Notes: generated from the sequence alone by a model not told the origin. Counted from the first letter of the stretch, positions 21,118-32,767 are shown. The stretch: DNA of 64,000 nucleotides from Tortispora ganteri (GCA_003707115.1 PPNB01000011.1:1-64000), one strand, 5' to 3'. Numbers and translations are program-made.

Positions 21118-23478
21118 CTAAAATATAGCTGGCAATTCCGCTATAGTTGTAGCATTATTCTCTGCATCTACCTCGTCCTCGTGGTCATCAGTAGCCATCC
21201 CTACACGCAAGTCATCCTCACAGTTTTCTTCTGAAATTGTATCTTTTTCGTCAAGTGTCAATGCGCCGACTCCATAAACAGCACTAGCACTCTTCGCCGG
21301 TGCCTTAAACCGCAGGAACGCCTCTTCTGTTTCCTTCCGGCGCTCTTCGGGTGTCTTGTCGTCATCGTCATCGTCATCGGATGGATCGAAAGTAGTCGGA
21401 CTCCACAGCTGAGAAGTGTCTGACTCTGCCATGCTGGAGAGAGATGTCGATGACGGGGTGTGGTGGTCCGGATGGTCCACCACATACTCAGAAGGTGACT
21501 TAGATTCTCTCTCTTTGCGTTTATCCTCAAACGAATACGGAGTTGCAAAGTGTTCTTGAACGAGGTGTTCCAGCACCGGCCAGCCGTACGCGTTCGCAAA
21601 CATCCGACGGACAATCATATTGTTGTGGGCGTCTGGCTCCAAATGCACAAGCACTTTCCGCCAGGCCATGCCCGTATGCCATTTGCGCGCTATTTTCTCT
21701 TCTGTGCGAGCTCGTAAATGAGAGTCGTCCGTAGGATCATCAGAATGCGTTCGTTTCAGTTTAGGAGGAGGTATATCTTCCGGGAAGTAAACTCTGTCAT
21801 GGAATATAGTTTCTCGCCGCGAAGACGGGTCCATGATGAACTTGTTATCAGGCAGTGGCGGGTTCAACACAGCAGTCGCAGATACAAGTACGTTTGCTTT
21901 CGGAGGTAGTGCGCCTCCGTCATCTTCGCCTCCTTCTGCGCCAACGGTTTGCGCGCTCAAAATCGCCGACGGAATCTTTGAGCTGCCACCTGAAGGGCGG
22001 ATAAGCGAGGTGAAAAATGAGCCCAGCGGCTGAAAAAGGTTAACTATTGGATTTTCATCTTTAGATTCGTTCGGGCTCGCTTTTGTGACTTCACTAGATG
22101 AATGTGAATGTTCTCCATTGGAGTCAATAGTCTGTGATTTGGGGGAGGCAGGGACGCTCTCAGGAGATTCAGGTTCACTGGAAAAACGAGATTGGTCTGC
22201 AATGTCTTTGCTGTTAGAGTCTGAAGCTTGGGCGTCTATTTGCAGCTTTAGCATATCGTTTTGGTCTGCATCTCCGTCAGTACGATCGACGGACCGTTGA
22301 GACGACACGGACGCGCGCCGTTTATTTTCCTCATGCTTGATCTTATGTGCTCGTCGAAGCGCGCGGTAATCAAGAAAAAGAAGTGAAGACGTACGCAGTG
22401 GGACAATGCCGTCGTTTACGACGTTCGCGTATACTGTGCGACGATGGAACCGGCGGAGAATCTCGGCAGCTGGGCCTGTAGGCAATACTTTAAGGACAGG
22501 ATGCTTTGCAATGAGGGACGGGCGCCAAGTCAAGCCGAGGTCCTGGCCAGTGCGGCCGAGAACGCCTAGATCCAGGCCGAGTTTGACATACATGGGATTT
22601 TCGCCAGTGAGGCCAAGAAGCGGGCTGGCGAGAGTGATGAAGTTGATTGGTTCGGCCTGTTTAAAGACAGAAGGGTAGTGAACATTGAGGTATGCAATAG
22701 CGTAGGTCATAACAAGACCACCTAAAGAGTGGCCAATGAATGAAATCTTAGTGACATCAGGTGTCATTAGCTTGTCATGGATGTGTTTCGCCATTCGTCT
22801 ACCTAGATACTTGACGCCTCGCTCCGTGAGACCAGCGTTGTCGAAGTAGCCACGCACAGCAACGGCTTCTCCGGTTTTCGCCACAGCAGAGTCAATAAAT
22901 TCTTTCAAGAAGAGCATATCTGCAGACGTGTTCGAGTATAGGCCGTGACTCAAGATGACAAGATGTAGCGGTTTGGATGGGATGACGACTGGCAAGTTCC
23001 ATAGATCAAGAGTATCCTTGTGGACAGCCTGGAGTGCAGGTGACGCCGATCCGTCTTGAGGTAGCTGATTAGCAGTATCTTCTTTAGTATGTCCGATTGT
23101 CAATGAGAATGCCACTTCAGACCCGCGAGAGAAGATCAGCTGTGATACGATGTCAATTATCCAAACATGTGTGCCGTCTTTACTAGGTACCGGAAGATCA
23201 GCATGAAAAGACTGCGCTGGTCGGATAGTCGGATTAAATATCGGACATAGATTCGGTGGAGATTTACGGAAAGGATTGAACTGTTCTGGATATACGTGAG
23301 CGTAAAGTAGAAAAGGGCCGTTGAAATAAAGGCCTCTGAGGGCGATGTTCTCCTCATTGCGTACTCTCAAATGCAGCGATTTGATGTTGGCAACGGTATC
23401 ACGGCTTGGTGTATAAAATATTTGGTACCGATGGACTTGCCCTATCTTGACTTTACCGTGAGCCTGGTAAAGCGGCAT
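21118..23478 (-). CDS. ROG1: DUF676 putative lipase (Rog1 family)
   Basis: HLVILSHGL, ISFIGHSLGG (GxSxG), YANVVNDGIVPLRTS, DAHNNMIVRR.FANAYGW motifs. Confidence 0.85.
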   Translation of the reverse strand: MPLYQAHGKVKIGQVHRYQIFYTPSRDTVANIKSLHLRVRNEENIALRGLYFNGPFLLYAHVYPEQFNPFRKSPPNLCPIFNPTIRPAQSFHADLPVPSKDGTHVWIIDIVSQLIFSRGSEVAFSLTIGHTKEDTANQLPQDGSASPALQAVHKDTLDLWNLPVVIPSKPLHLVILSHGLYSNTSADMLFLKEFIDSAVAKTGEAVAVRGYFDNAGLTERGVKYLGRRMAKHIHDKLMTPDVTKISFIGHSLGGLVMTYAIAYLNVHYPSVFKQAEPINFITLASPLLGLTGENPMYVKLGLDLGVLGRTGQDLGLTWRPSLIAKHPVLKVLPTGPAAEILRRFHRRTVYANVVNDGIVPLRTSSLLFLDYRALRRAHKIKHEENKRRASVSSQRSVDRTDGDADQNDMLKLQIDAQASDSNSKDIADQSRFSSEPESPESVPASPKSQTIDSNGEHSHSSSEVTKASPNESKDENPIVNLFQPLGSFFTSLIRPSGGSSKIPSAILSAQTVGAEGGEDDGGALPPKANVLVSATAVLNPPLPDNKFIMDPSSRRETIFHDRVYFPEDIPPPKLKRTHSDDPTDDSHLRARTEEKIARKWHTGMAWRKVLVHLEPDAHNNMIVRRMFANAYGWPVLEHLVQEHFATPYSFEDKRKERESKSPSEYVVDHPDHHTPSSTSLSSMAESDTSQLWSPTTFDPSDDDDDDDKTPEERRKETEEAFLRFKAPAKSASAVYGVGALTLDEKDTISEENCEDDLRVGMATDDHEDEVDAENNATTIAELPAIF

Positions 23479-23930
23479 TGTTATTCATGTGAATGTTATA
23501 AGGCGGTGCTGGTAGAGTGTAAGTGCGAAGTATTATTACCAAACTAGGAAATACCCAATGTATCTCTTATTCATATTGGCATAAACCAGACGCATTATAA
23601 TGTTACTATATTTTGTAATAATGTGTTATTGAAATTTCTCACGCGTTTAGAATCGCGTTTGGTAATGATGGCCGCGGCTGAAGGTTCAGACTTCGTGATT
23701 CAAACGCTTTCCAGATAGTATCGACCAATTGCAAGCTTACAATGGCCTATCTTGATATGAATCTACTAAGGTCAGCGAGATCAAGTTAATAGTCTAGAAA
23801 CCCACCTATTAGAAATCCACTTCGTTTCTCGATAAACAGTCGGTATGATGTTGCTGGTAAAGTTGTACATCTTGCTATCATACGAAATTAAATTTGACAT
23901 GGTGCAGTCTACCGCTTCACCACTGACGTA

Positions 23931-23990
23931 GATGTACTATTGAACCTCGTTGATGTACTCTTGAACCTCGTTGATGTACTCTTGAACCTC
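23931..23990. repeat. 21-bp tandem repeat, ~3 copies (gatgtactcttgaacctcgtt)
   Basis: Directly visible in intergenic DNA. Confidence 0.9.
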
Positions 23991-24813
23991 TGTGATTTCG
24001 CCCACGAAGATGCCGGCTGATGAATATTCTCTTTAGTGCTGAAAGATAAGATCTAAGCGCAATGACTTGTATATCATCAGTTCACACACTCCATGGTACC
24101 TTGGACTCCTTTTAAAAAGTATCAAGCAACCAGTCGTATCAGATTCTATTTGTCATACAGTGTATACTCGGCTGAACTGCCAGGGTTCTAGCACCAATTA
24201 GATGATGATTCAGTAAATTGACTCGTAAATTTCAAATAAGTATCTCCGGCGGTAATATCGTTTGGCTGTTTAGTGTTCGTTACCTCCGGACCAATTAGTC
24301 CTTGATTCCTAAATTGTTAGCCACATTGATCCCATGTTTGTGTTCTCTTGATGATATTTTAAGAACCGTTTGGGTTTGAAACTTGAATTGTATACTTTAA
24401 TTCTTTAGAGCATTCACGAATTTCGTGTAGACGGTCTTGATACAACAAGAGGTAATCATTTCTTTAGATTTTGAAGATACGACATACACGCAGACGTCAG
24501 GATCATAAAACAGTCGAGTAAGGTATTCAGACGTTTAAAGTATTGAAATTAGCATACAGTCATAACTCCGAATAATTAACTGCGCTGCTTTTCTAATTTG
24601 CCGGATATTCCGAGGTTTGCTAGTGCAGTTTGCGGGCGAGGTGCTGACAGGCGGGTGTTGAGACAAGATTATCTAAAAAAACCTTATTTTAGATGGAAGT
24701 AGGCATTTATGTCCGTGGTACGGGGATATCGATAAGTGTGATGGAATATATAAGTGCATGGAAATCCCATTAAGTAGACCATTAGAAATCTGATATTCGA
24801 AATCTAACAGACA

Positions 24814-25806
24814 ATGAGCACTTTAGCAGGAAAAGAAATTGGACCTATTGGTCTTGGTCTTATGGGCCTTACATGGCGTGGTACGTCAGTGCCACGGGAG
24901 CAGGCGTTTGGGGCAATCAAGGCAGCTCTTGATGCCGGCTACAACTTTCTCAATGGAGGCGAATTCTATAACTCACCTGAACGCCCTTTTGAGAATTTAG
25001 AAGTAATTTCTGAGTTTTTCACCAAGTATCCGGAGTACCTTGACAAGGCCGTGTTAAGCGTGAAGGGCGCGCTCGGTCCTGATTACGTCCCGCATAGCGA
25101 CTCTGAATCATTGAACGCATCAATTGACAATATCATAAAACGTATTGCACCTAAATCGCTTGACGTTTTTGAACCGGCTCGTATTGATCCTGCTGTACCT
25201 ATTGAGGATATTGTTGCAACTCTCGGCAAAGCCGTTGAAGCAGGCAAGATAAAGGCGATTTCCCTTTCGGAAGTGAACGCCAAGACGCTCGAGAGGGCTT
25301 GTGCGGTCTACAAGATCTCTGCAGTCGAGATAGAGTTCTCAATGTTCACTCCTGAACCTCGATCTAACGGTTTGTTTGAAGTTGCAGCAAAAAATGGCGT
25401 CACCGTGGTCTGCTACTCACCCTTTGCGCGCGGTTTCCTTGCAGGCGCTTTCCGCGGTAAGACTCAGTTTGATGGCGACGATATTCGCCAAACTTTTGAT
25501 CGATTTAGCCCTGAGAACTTTGTTGCTAATCAGAAAACTGCTGATTCGATCCACGCTTTCGCTGAAAAGAAAGGTGTTGAACTCTCGCAAGTCGCTCTCG
25601 CTTGGGTCAAGTATCACGAAAAGCTATTTCCTGGACTGCAAACCGTTCCGATCCCTGGCGCATCTTCTGCCGATAGAGTGAAACAGAACATTGTTGATTT
25701 TTCTTTGACAGAGGCTGAGTTCAACGAGCTCGAACAGATCCTCGCATCTGCTGAAATCAAAGGCTCGCGTGCCAATAGTGTCATGTTGAAGCACATGCAC
25801 TTGTAG
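24814..25806 (+). CDS. Aldo-keto reductase, pyridoxal reductase-like
   Basis: IGLGLMGLTW, NGGEFY, LSVKG, FEPARID, SLSEV, YSP..RG, PIPG motifs. Confidence 0.88.
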   Translation: MSTLAGKEIGPIGLGLMGLTWRGTSVPREQAFGAIKAALDAGYNFLNGGEFYNSPERPFENLEVISEFFTKYPEYLDKAVLSVKGALGPDYVPHSDSESLNASIDNIIKRIAPKSLDVFEPARIDPAVPIEDIVATLGKAVEAGKIKAISLSEVNAKTLERACAVYKISAVEIEFSMFTPEPRSNGLFEVAAKNGVTVVCYSPFARGFLAGAFRGKTQFDGDDIRQTFDRFSPENFVANQKTADSIHAFAEKKGVELSQVALAWVKYHEKLFPGLQTVPIPGASSADRVKQNIVDFSLTEAEFNELEQILASAEIKGSRANSVMLKHMHL

Positions 25807-25881
25807 ATACTTCAACCAACTTATAGTACATTTAAACAATAATAACATATATCGAGATTTATTAGTCAAAAAAAAATAAGT

Positions 25882-26907
25882 CTAAGACTTTTCTAACGTA
25901 TATACTTGCTCAACAAAGTCTTTGATAGTCTTTTCCAAAGGAATGTAGTCAAACTTGAGCAACTTGGTAGTGGCAGAATTGTCATAGCTAGGAGAATTCT
26001 TTCGAACTGTCTCTATATCTGAAGTACCAATATTTGGATTAATACGCTTCTCGTTCGGGAACAGCTTGCGCATTATAGTGGCGACATACTCTAGACTGAA
26101 AGGACCGCCATTCACGAATAACCTCTTGCCGGCGATCTCCTTATTAGAAGGATCCGCGGCGAGAACATGTGCCGTTGCAACGTCCCTCACGTCAACACAG
26201 AACGCCGCCGAAAACTTAGAATTCGACCCCATTTTGCCCGTGAGTACATTGTATAGCACCTCATTGGACGTATTCAAGTTGCCAACACTGATGTCGTTGA
26301 GAATAGGTCCCCACACAAAAGGCGGGTTCACAGTAGTGATAGAGAACTTAGCATCAGGGTGATCTTTCAAAAACTGCCAAGCAGTCTGCTCAGCAACTGT
26401 CTTGGAAGCACGGTAGGTACTTGCTTTGTCTTTACGGCCTTGTTCAAGGGTCAACGGAGACCACGATTCCTCAGTATATAGTACATCAGGACTGTTAGGC
26501 TTGGACGGATCTACAATCGCAGCAAATGACGACGTGATAACCAGCCTGGTGACGTTCTTGCCGTACTTGTACACTGCTTCAAGCATGCTTCTGGTGCCAT
26601 TAATAGCAGGAATAAGAATATCCTTATCGGGATCGGTAATGTTATGGTGGAAAGGAGAAGCTGTATGCACAACAACATCCAAGTCCTCGGTAATAGCATC
26701 GTCAAATGCGCCCAAAACAGAAATATCAGGAACTATCGCAAAACTCAATTGACCTGCTTTCACTTCCTTCTCATACTTTCCAGCAATGAAATCAGCCTTG
26801 CTTTGACTGCGAACCGTCGCAACAACTGTATCTCCTCGCGCAAGCAGCTTCTGCAGCACATGCGCAGCAATAAATCCTGATGCTCCCGATAAAAGTGTCT
26901 TAGTCAT
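25882..26907 (-). CDS. NADPH-dependent aldehyde/methylglyoxal reductase (Gre2/Ari1 family)
   Basis: SGASGFIA, HTASPF, TSSFAA, YRASK, VDVRDVA motifs. Confidence 0.9.
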   Translation of the reverse strand: MTKTLLSGASGFIAAHVLQKLLARGDTVVATVRSQSKADFIAGKYEKEVKAGQLSFAIVPDISVLGAFDDAITEDLDVVVHTASPFHHNITDPDKDILIPAINGTRSMLEAVYKYGKNVTRLVITSSFAAIVDPSKPNSPDVLYTEESWSPLTLEQGRKDKASTYRASKTVAEQTAWQFLKDHPDAKFSITTVNPPFVWGPILNDISVGNLNTSNEVLYNVLTGKMGSNSKFSAAFCVDVRDVATAHVLAADPSNKEIAGKRLFVNGGPFSLEYVATIMRKLFPNEKRINPNIGTSDIETVRKNSPSYDNSATTKLLKFDYIPLEKTIKDFVEQVYTLEKS

Positions 26908-27333
26908 CTTTCAATTGAGGAAAAATAGATAACGCTTAATCTTACTTATCCGTTTCTTTATATAATAATAATACGCTCGGACTTGTTAGTTTCGTCTTCG
27001 GAAATGCTCATTCGACGGGCCAATCACGCCTTCTTATCTTGTCTTAATTCCATGAGCTTCACCCATTTAAATTATACTTTAATCCCCACTTTTCAAGTAC
27101 AGATCTACCTTGGCGTGCTTTAACGCTTCGCCAACACTTGAATACTAAAGGTTCTCTTTGCTATCATTGAATTCAATTGCTTTTTAATTGTAGTTTCATC
27201 TAATTGTCTTGTAAAGTACAACAATAGTCAATGTAATATAAAAAACAAAATAAATAAATAAAGTTTATTGCGTCAAAACCTAACCCTACCTAGCGTTATA
27301 TAGTAACTGATCACTAAGTTAAGCCGAGGGTCT

Positions 27334-27449
27334 GCTCCAGTGGCGCAGTGGTTTAGCGCTTCGTGCTTATAGCCGTACAACGACGTCTATGCTGATGTCA
27401 CGGTCGTGTGAGAACGCGACGGTCGTGGGTTCGACCCCCTCCTGGAGCA
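27334..27449 (+). tRNA. tRNA-Ile(UAU) with a 42-nt intron (27372-27413)
   Basis: Acceptor stem GCTCCAG/CTGGAGC; A box TGGCGCAGTGG; anticodon arm TCGTG-CTTATA^A-CGCGA; B box GGTTCGACCC; downstream T-run terminator. Confidence 0.95.
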
Positions 27450-27523
27450 GCTCTCTTTTTTTTTTTATTTTTTATTTTAAATAGTCGGTTAAAATTTGAA
27501 AGAATTATATTTTTAACATAATA

Positions 27524-29575
27524 TTAATCATAATCTGAATCATCCGCTTTTGAATGCCCAGCGACGCTGGCCTGTCTTTTGTAGAAATCAATAATTTGCT
27601 CTGAAGTCGTAGCATCTTCAGGTGTTTTATCGTCACGAATTCGTATAAACCGCGGAAACCTTAGTGATATGCCTTTCGGCATGCTGTCCGCACCGGCTTT
27701 ATATATAGGAGACAGTGAAAGATCAGCTGCTAATACTTCCCATACCATTTTTGGTTCAAACCACACATCAGGTTGAGATGGCCCACTTTGATCGTGCTTG
27801 TAATATGATTTCTTCGAAGTTACTAACGGTGACAGTTCCTTGTACAGTTTGTCTAACACCTCTTCAGAGAATCCAGTTCCTATTTTGCACGTGGTTTCGT
27901 ATTCATCAGTGTTAGGGTTGTAACATCCAAGAAGGAATGCACCGTACCAGTTTGTGCGCTTACCTTTACCGTAAAAAGCACCAAGAACTACCAAGTCTAA
28001 GGTATCGCCAATACCATCTAAGTAGTCCTTCTTCAATTTGAGCCAGTTTTGTGTTCGCTTGCTAGGCAGATAATGACTCTCTGGACCATCGAGGGCTTTT
28101 ATCATCAGTCCTTCGCAATTATCCTTGATACTTTGATCCAGAAATTCCTGTATAGCTTCAACCTCTCGGCAGTTTTCAAAAGTTGCAAAGCCATAACAGT
28201 CTTCCACTGGACGAAAGTGCTCTTGAAGAATCGCACGGCGTTCGGTTAGTGACTTTGAAAGTAAATCTTGGCCATTTAGGTACAGAATGTCAAATACAAA
28301 GACAAAAACCCGCACAGAAATATCTGACTCCTGAACATCTTTGCGTTTTCGCGTCGATAACACTTGAAATGGTAAAATTACATGTTTCTGGCGATCCCAC
28401 GCAACTGCTTCGCTGTCAATGATAAAGCTCTTGACAGAAGGTTTAATAAACTGGTTGATAGAGCTGAGAATATCAGGATATCTTTGTGACATGTCTTCGG
28501 AGTTTCTTGAGTACACTTTAAAAGAACCGTCTTCAGTCATATGAATTTGAGCACGCTCGCCATCATACTTATATTCACAAGTAAAGTGGTTATCCAAGTC
28601 AGAAAAATGATCTAGCACTTCTGTGATAGATTTAGTAGGTTTAGCCAACATCGGTTTAGGTGGCACGCCAGGCACAAGCACGCAATGCTCTGTCAGACCC
28701 TTTACTCCGTATTTCAGTGCAGCCTCAATGATCGTCTCATAAGAGGGTACTCTACTGAACACCGATTTGAAAATCTCTTCTGCTTCTTTTAGTTCTTCTT
28801 CGGACACAGACTTTCCTTCGCTATCGGCCTCGTGCATAGCAAAAGCACGCGCTAAAGCAGTGAGCACTGTCTTTTCGGCTAAGCTAATTCTAAGTTTGCC
28901 TTGCAGTGATCTTATGAGAAATTTGGTTTCATTGTTGCGAGAATTCACAATCAATTTTTTTATGAGGCCTATTTTCCGAGACTGGGATTGGGCACCTGTA
29001 GTCTGCGCGATTAGATGGAGATCCTTAAACACGCTATCTACGGTGAGTATCTGTGGCTTAAACATAGTGCGCTGAGACGATTTAGCAGAATTTGCAATTG
29101 TGCCTAGATCTCCCGTTTCTTGCATATCCTTTTTTAGGTTGGCTAGAGTTTTTCCAGTAGACTCGCATACAGCTTTCATCAAGATGCTATCACCAAGACC
29201 TAATTCAAGTCCTTCGTAGTCTGGACCCAGTCGATTGATAAATAGATAGACTATAGTTGAAAGCGAATGAGGACTGCGATCCAATATTTGGCGAAAGAAC
29301 TCCGAACAATAGGATATGATCTCGAGCCTTTTAGTGGTGCTCTCGATTTGTTCGAAGACCGCGCAAACATCTGCATACGGGATCGGAGAACTTGTAGAAG
29401 AAGCCGGCAATGATGAAGATGGCGAGTTAGAGGTATTGACAGCATCGGAATGATCAAGTTTGGCTTTTTTTGGAGGGGGCAAACTCGTCGGCGTCGCGCT
29501 GTTCTCGACGGCCGATTGCGATAGGGGTTGGCGTTTGCCGAAAAAAGCAGCTAAACTTGCTGAGCCGGAAGACAT
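27524..29575 (-). CDS. CDC9: DNA ligase I
   Basis: PKPMLAKPT, CEYKYDGERAQIH, EGLMIK, WLKLKKDY, SLRFPRF; PIP-like SLAAFF at the N-terminus. First ATG at 29575; possible upstream CUG start at 29665. Confidence 0.97.
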   Translation of the reverse strand: MSSGSASLAAFFGKRQPLSQSAVENSATPTSLPPPKKAKLDHSDAVNTSNSPSSSLPASSTSSPIPYADVCAVFEQIESTTKRLEIISYCSEFFRQILDRSPHSLSTIVYLFINRLGPDYEGLELGLGDSILMKAVCESTGKTLANLKKDMQETGDLGTIANSAKSSQRTMFKPQILTVDSVFKDLHLIAQTTGAQSQSRKIGLIKKLIVNSRNNETKFLIRSLQGKLRISLAEKTVLTALARAFAMHEADSEGKSVSEEELKEAEEIFKSVFSRVPSYETIIEAALKYGVKGLTEHCVLVPGVPPKPMLAKPTKSITEVLDHFSDLDNHFTCEYKYDGERAQIHMTEDGSFKVYSRNSEDMSQRYPDILSSINQFIKPSVKSFIIDSEAVAWDRQKHVILPFQVLSTRKRKDVQESDISVRVFVFVFDILYLNGQDLLSKSLTERRAILQEHFRPVEDCYGFATFENCREVEAIQEFLDQSIKDNCEGLMIKALDGPESHYLPSKRTQNWLKLKKDYLDGIGDTLDLVVLGAFYGKGKRTNWYGAFLLGCYNPNTDEYETTCKIGTGFSEEVLDKLYKELSPLVTSKKSYYKHDQSGPSQPDVWFEPKMVWEVLAADLSLSPIYKAGADSMPKGISLRFPRFIRIRDDKTPEDATTSEQIIDFYKRQASVAGHSKADDSDYD

Positions 29576-29945
29576 TGGTAAGAAAAATAAAGAAGGTCGT
29601 ACGATTGTCTTACAAGCACGAAGAGCAATAAAAGTGCGAAACAGCTTGACGCGATTGAGAGACAGTTTGAAGCGGGCCGGTAAGTAACAGGGAGAGGTGC
29701 GGTCAAAATAGCAGTTTTTCTGAATAAAGCGCACGGTCAATGATTAAATAGTGCAGGTTTGATAAGCTCTAGATACGAGAAACGTTATGACAAGAGAAAG
29801 AAGCGCGTATCTGCTTAGTACAATATAGTTGTTGTGAGAGCGAAGGGTTGGAGATCGCGCATCAGAATAAGGTTTTATCCTGTATATCTTTGGTTTCGTA
29901 ATTCAGTGCAAGGTAGTCAGAGCGAACGGGCGGAAAAGAGGTATG

Positions 29946-30548
29946 TCAGGATTCTGTGATTTTACTGAGAATGAGCGTCCATAGAATACCAACGATGCCA
30001 GCAGCGGGTACTATGAGATGTTGTGGGATAAATTGGAATGAAACAAAGGAGAAGAGCGGCCATATGATGTATGCGTTAGTGAGCGTTGTACGCAGCTTCG
30101 AGCGGACTGTGTAGAGGATATTGTGGTTTTCCCATAGCGCACTGAAGGACAGAAACATGACATTAAACACAGGCGTACCTATACACTGGTCTATTATGAC
30201 ACGCAGGAAGATGCTGGGAATGAGCGGTGTGATGAGGTCGTACCAGTACTTGTTGACGATGCCGTTAACTATACCCCATGTGTGGAACTTCAGCGTACGT
30301 GCGGGCATGAACTTGTGGACAAATATTAATTGGTTCAACAGCTGCGATATAGCGGCCAGAATCGACGATACAAGCGCTGTTACGACGTAAGGGTATGCTT
30401 GGTGAAGGGTTTGGAAGTTGACATATATTGCGAATATCAAACCACATTCTATGAGTAAGAATAAGACGATAATGGAATGCTCAGTCTTCCGTTTACCAGA
30501 AGGTTTCCATTCAGATTTACTAGGACCTTTCTCTGGGTCATCGGCCAT
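29946..30548 (-). CDS. Mpv17/PMP22 family membrane protein
   Basis: RVIIDQ...TP, IWP....FQFIP, ..W...LS pattern; four to five hydrophobic helices. Confidence 0.8.
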   Translation of the reverse strand: MADDPEKGPSKSEWKPSGKRKTEHSIIVLFLLIECGLIFAIYVNFQTLHQAYPYVVTALVSSILAAISQLLNQLIFVHKFMPARTLKFHTWGIVNGIVNKYWYDLITPLIPSIFLRVIIDQCIGTPVFNVMFLSFSALWENHNILYTVRSKLRTTLTNAYIIWPLFSFVSFQFIPQHLIVPAAGIVGILWTLILSKITES

Positions 30549-31373
30549 GTGTTTTGTGAATAATGTATAATAATAGAGGGAGGGTAAAGGACTGTTATCA
30601 CCGTCTTAAGCCTTGTGTAGGTGGGAGAGGTCAAGTGACAGATGACCTTGCTAGCCTTAAGAGTTTGCGAGATATGGTCTTCTACGCCCCAAATGCGTAC
30701 TGAGGTTTGTTTCTCAGTTAAATAAAAGACAAAAAGGTGCTTGAAAGCTAGCATTATAGTAATTGCAGCTAGAACTGCGGGTGCTGTACAGGTACCATTA
30801 TTTAGCGACAATACACTACTGAAGATCGGTACATCCGCGTCCCAGTTCACAATCATCGTTCTACAAACGCATCACTAAATATTTAATAGCTTTATATTAG
30901 TAGTAATAGTACATTAAAATGCATGTTTTGAAGCAAGATCAGCAATTACAAGTCGTTGTGGTGACTGATAAAGAGCTCAAAAGTGAACTAACTATCAAAA
31001 ACTGGGGCAAACTTTAAGCGCGTTGCCAGGCAACCTTAATGTTGGGCTAACGCCGGTCTAGAGTATATCGCCCACCATTCATCTAACACCAATCCCCATC
31101 TTTCCCCCCCTTCTCCTACCGTCGTGTGGTAATATTAATAAGTACTGGGTCGTTTTCTACTAAGAAGATAAAATTAGACACAAGGGCACCTACGAATAGT
31201 TGGTTGTTTACATCCATAGAAATTTGGAAAAGTATTTTTGACGCGCACAATTTGAAACTACTGGGAAATAACAAGGTCTATTTGCCGCTCCTGATCTGAC
31301 CAGTTCGAAAAGCTACAAGAGTTTCCTTTTACCAACAACCTGATAAACTAAGAATTATAGCCACAATCAAACC

Positions 31374-31952
31374 ATGCAACAAACAATAAAATGCGTCGTC
31401 GTGGGAGACGGTGCTGTAGGGAAAACCTGCCTGCTTATATCTTATACCAACAACAAATTTCCCTCAGAATACGTGCCTACAGTATTTGACAACTATGCCG
31501 TGACTGTCATGATAGGCGACGAGCCTTTCACATTAGGTCTATTTGACACCGCTGGCCAGGAAGATTACGACCGTCTTCGACCTCTGTCATATCCGCAGAC
31601 TGATATATTCCTTGTCTGTTTTTCAGTTACAAACCCTGCTAGTTTTGAAAACGTGAAGGAAAAATGGTTTCCCGAGGTTCGACACCATTGTCCCGGTGTC
31701 CCCTGTCTTCTAGTTGGTACTCAAATAGATCAGAGGGATGAACCTGCTGTGCTTCAGCGTCTTGCTTATTACAAAATGCGTCCAATTACTGCCGACCTAG
31801 GAGAAAAACTTGCCAAGGAGCTTGGCGCAGTTAAATATGTAGAATGCTCTGCATTGACACAACGCGGGTTAAAGAATGTTTTCGATGAAGCAATAGTTGC
31901 CGCTTTAGAGCCGTCTATGCCCAAAAAGAAGACGAAATGCGTTATATTGTAA
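31374..31952 (+). CDS. CDC42: Rho-family GTPase Cdc42 (intronless)
   Basis: [45 protein letters not shown]. Confidence 0.97.
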   Translation: MQQTIKCVVVGDGAVGKTCLLISYTNNKFPSEYVPTVFDNYAVTVMIGDEPFTLGLFDTAGQEDYDRLRPLSYPQTDIFLVCFSVTNPASFENVKEKWFPEVRHHCPGVPCLLVGTQIDQRDEPAVLQRLAYYKMRPITADLGEKLAKELGAVKYVECSALTQRGLKNVFDEAIVAALEPSMPKKKTKCVIL

Positions 31953-32767
31953 GACACTCTGCCTGTGCCTTATTTCCGTCTTTATTCGTTTTGCCCTTTT
32001 GGCCTGTTGATTAGACTACATTTTTGTTCAGTCTATAGCTCTCTCTACAGCTCCAATTCCTTGATGACCCCCCTTCTTCTCCCTCTTTCTTACTTTTTTC
32101 CCCGTTGGTCTCCCTTGGTTCATTTTCATTGACTATACTATACATTAACCGATATTACGTTATATGCGTTCGCTGGCATTACTTTGCTAAACTTTACGGT
32201 AGACTCCAGTTCAGGCTTCTAGCGTTATTCCTATCTACCACTTTTACCTGTTGTTCTCGCGATTTCCATAACTTCCAGGTCTCGAGCACGCCCTGCAGTA
32301 GTGCTTATAGTTCATGTCCGTTATAGTATCATGATAGATTGTCTCGCATCAACCGACGCAGTGTCTATTTTTGGTAGCCGTTACGCCACGCGATCTGCTG
32401 GTTGCATCAACATGCATTCACTGACTTGTAATTATCATATCCGGATCGGGTAACGCGGTTGCGATATTGCATGTCCATCAGCCACGCCGTCCTATATAGT
32501 GTCCAGGTGTATTACCATAGTGACAAAATCAGCTTAGACTGAGTATTGCGATAATAGATGCTATTTTTATATATTTTCCAGGTGAAAATCCAATAGATAT
32601 CAGCTGAACGCTAAGCGGAAAATCGACCTCGGATATATGCCGCTTCAACCATATAAACTTGAAAACCTTAAATCATTTTAGCATATTTGTCTCCTTTACC
32701 GCCGTTGATTCTCCACTTTTCTATCCACACATAATCCCGTCGCCTCTTAAATCAATTGAATAAGACA

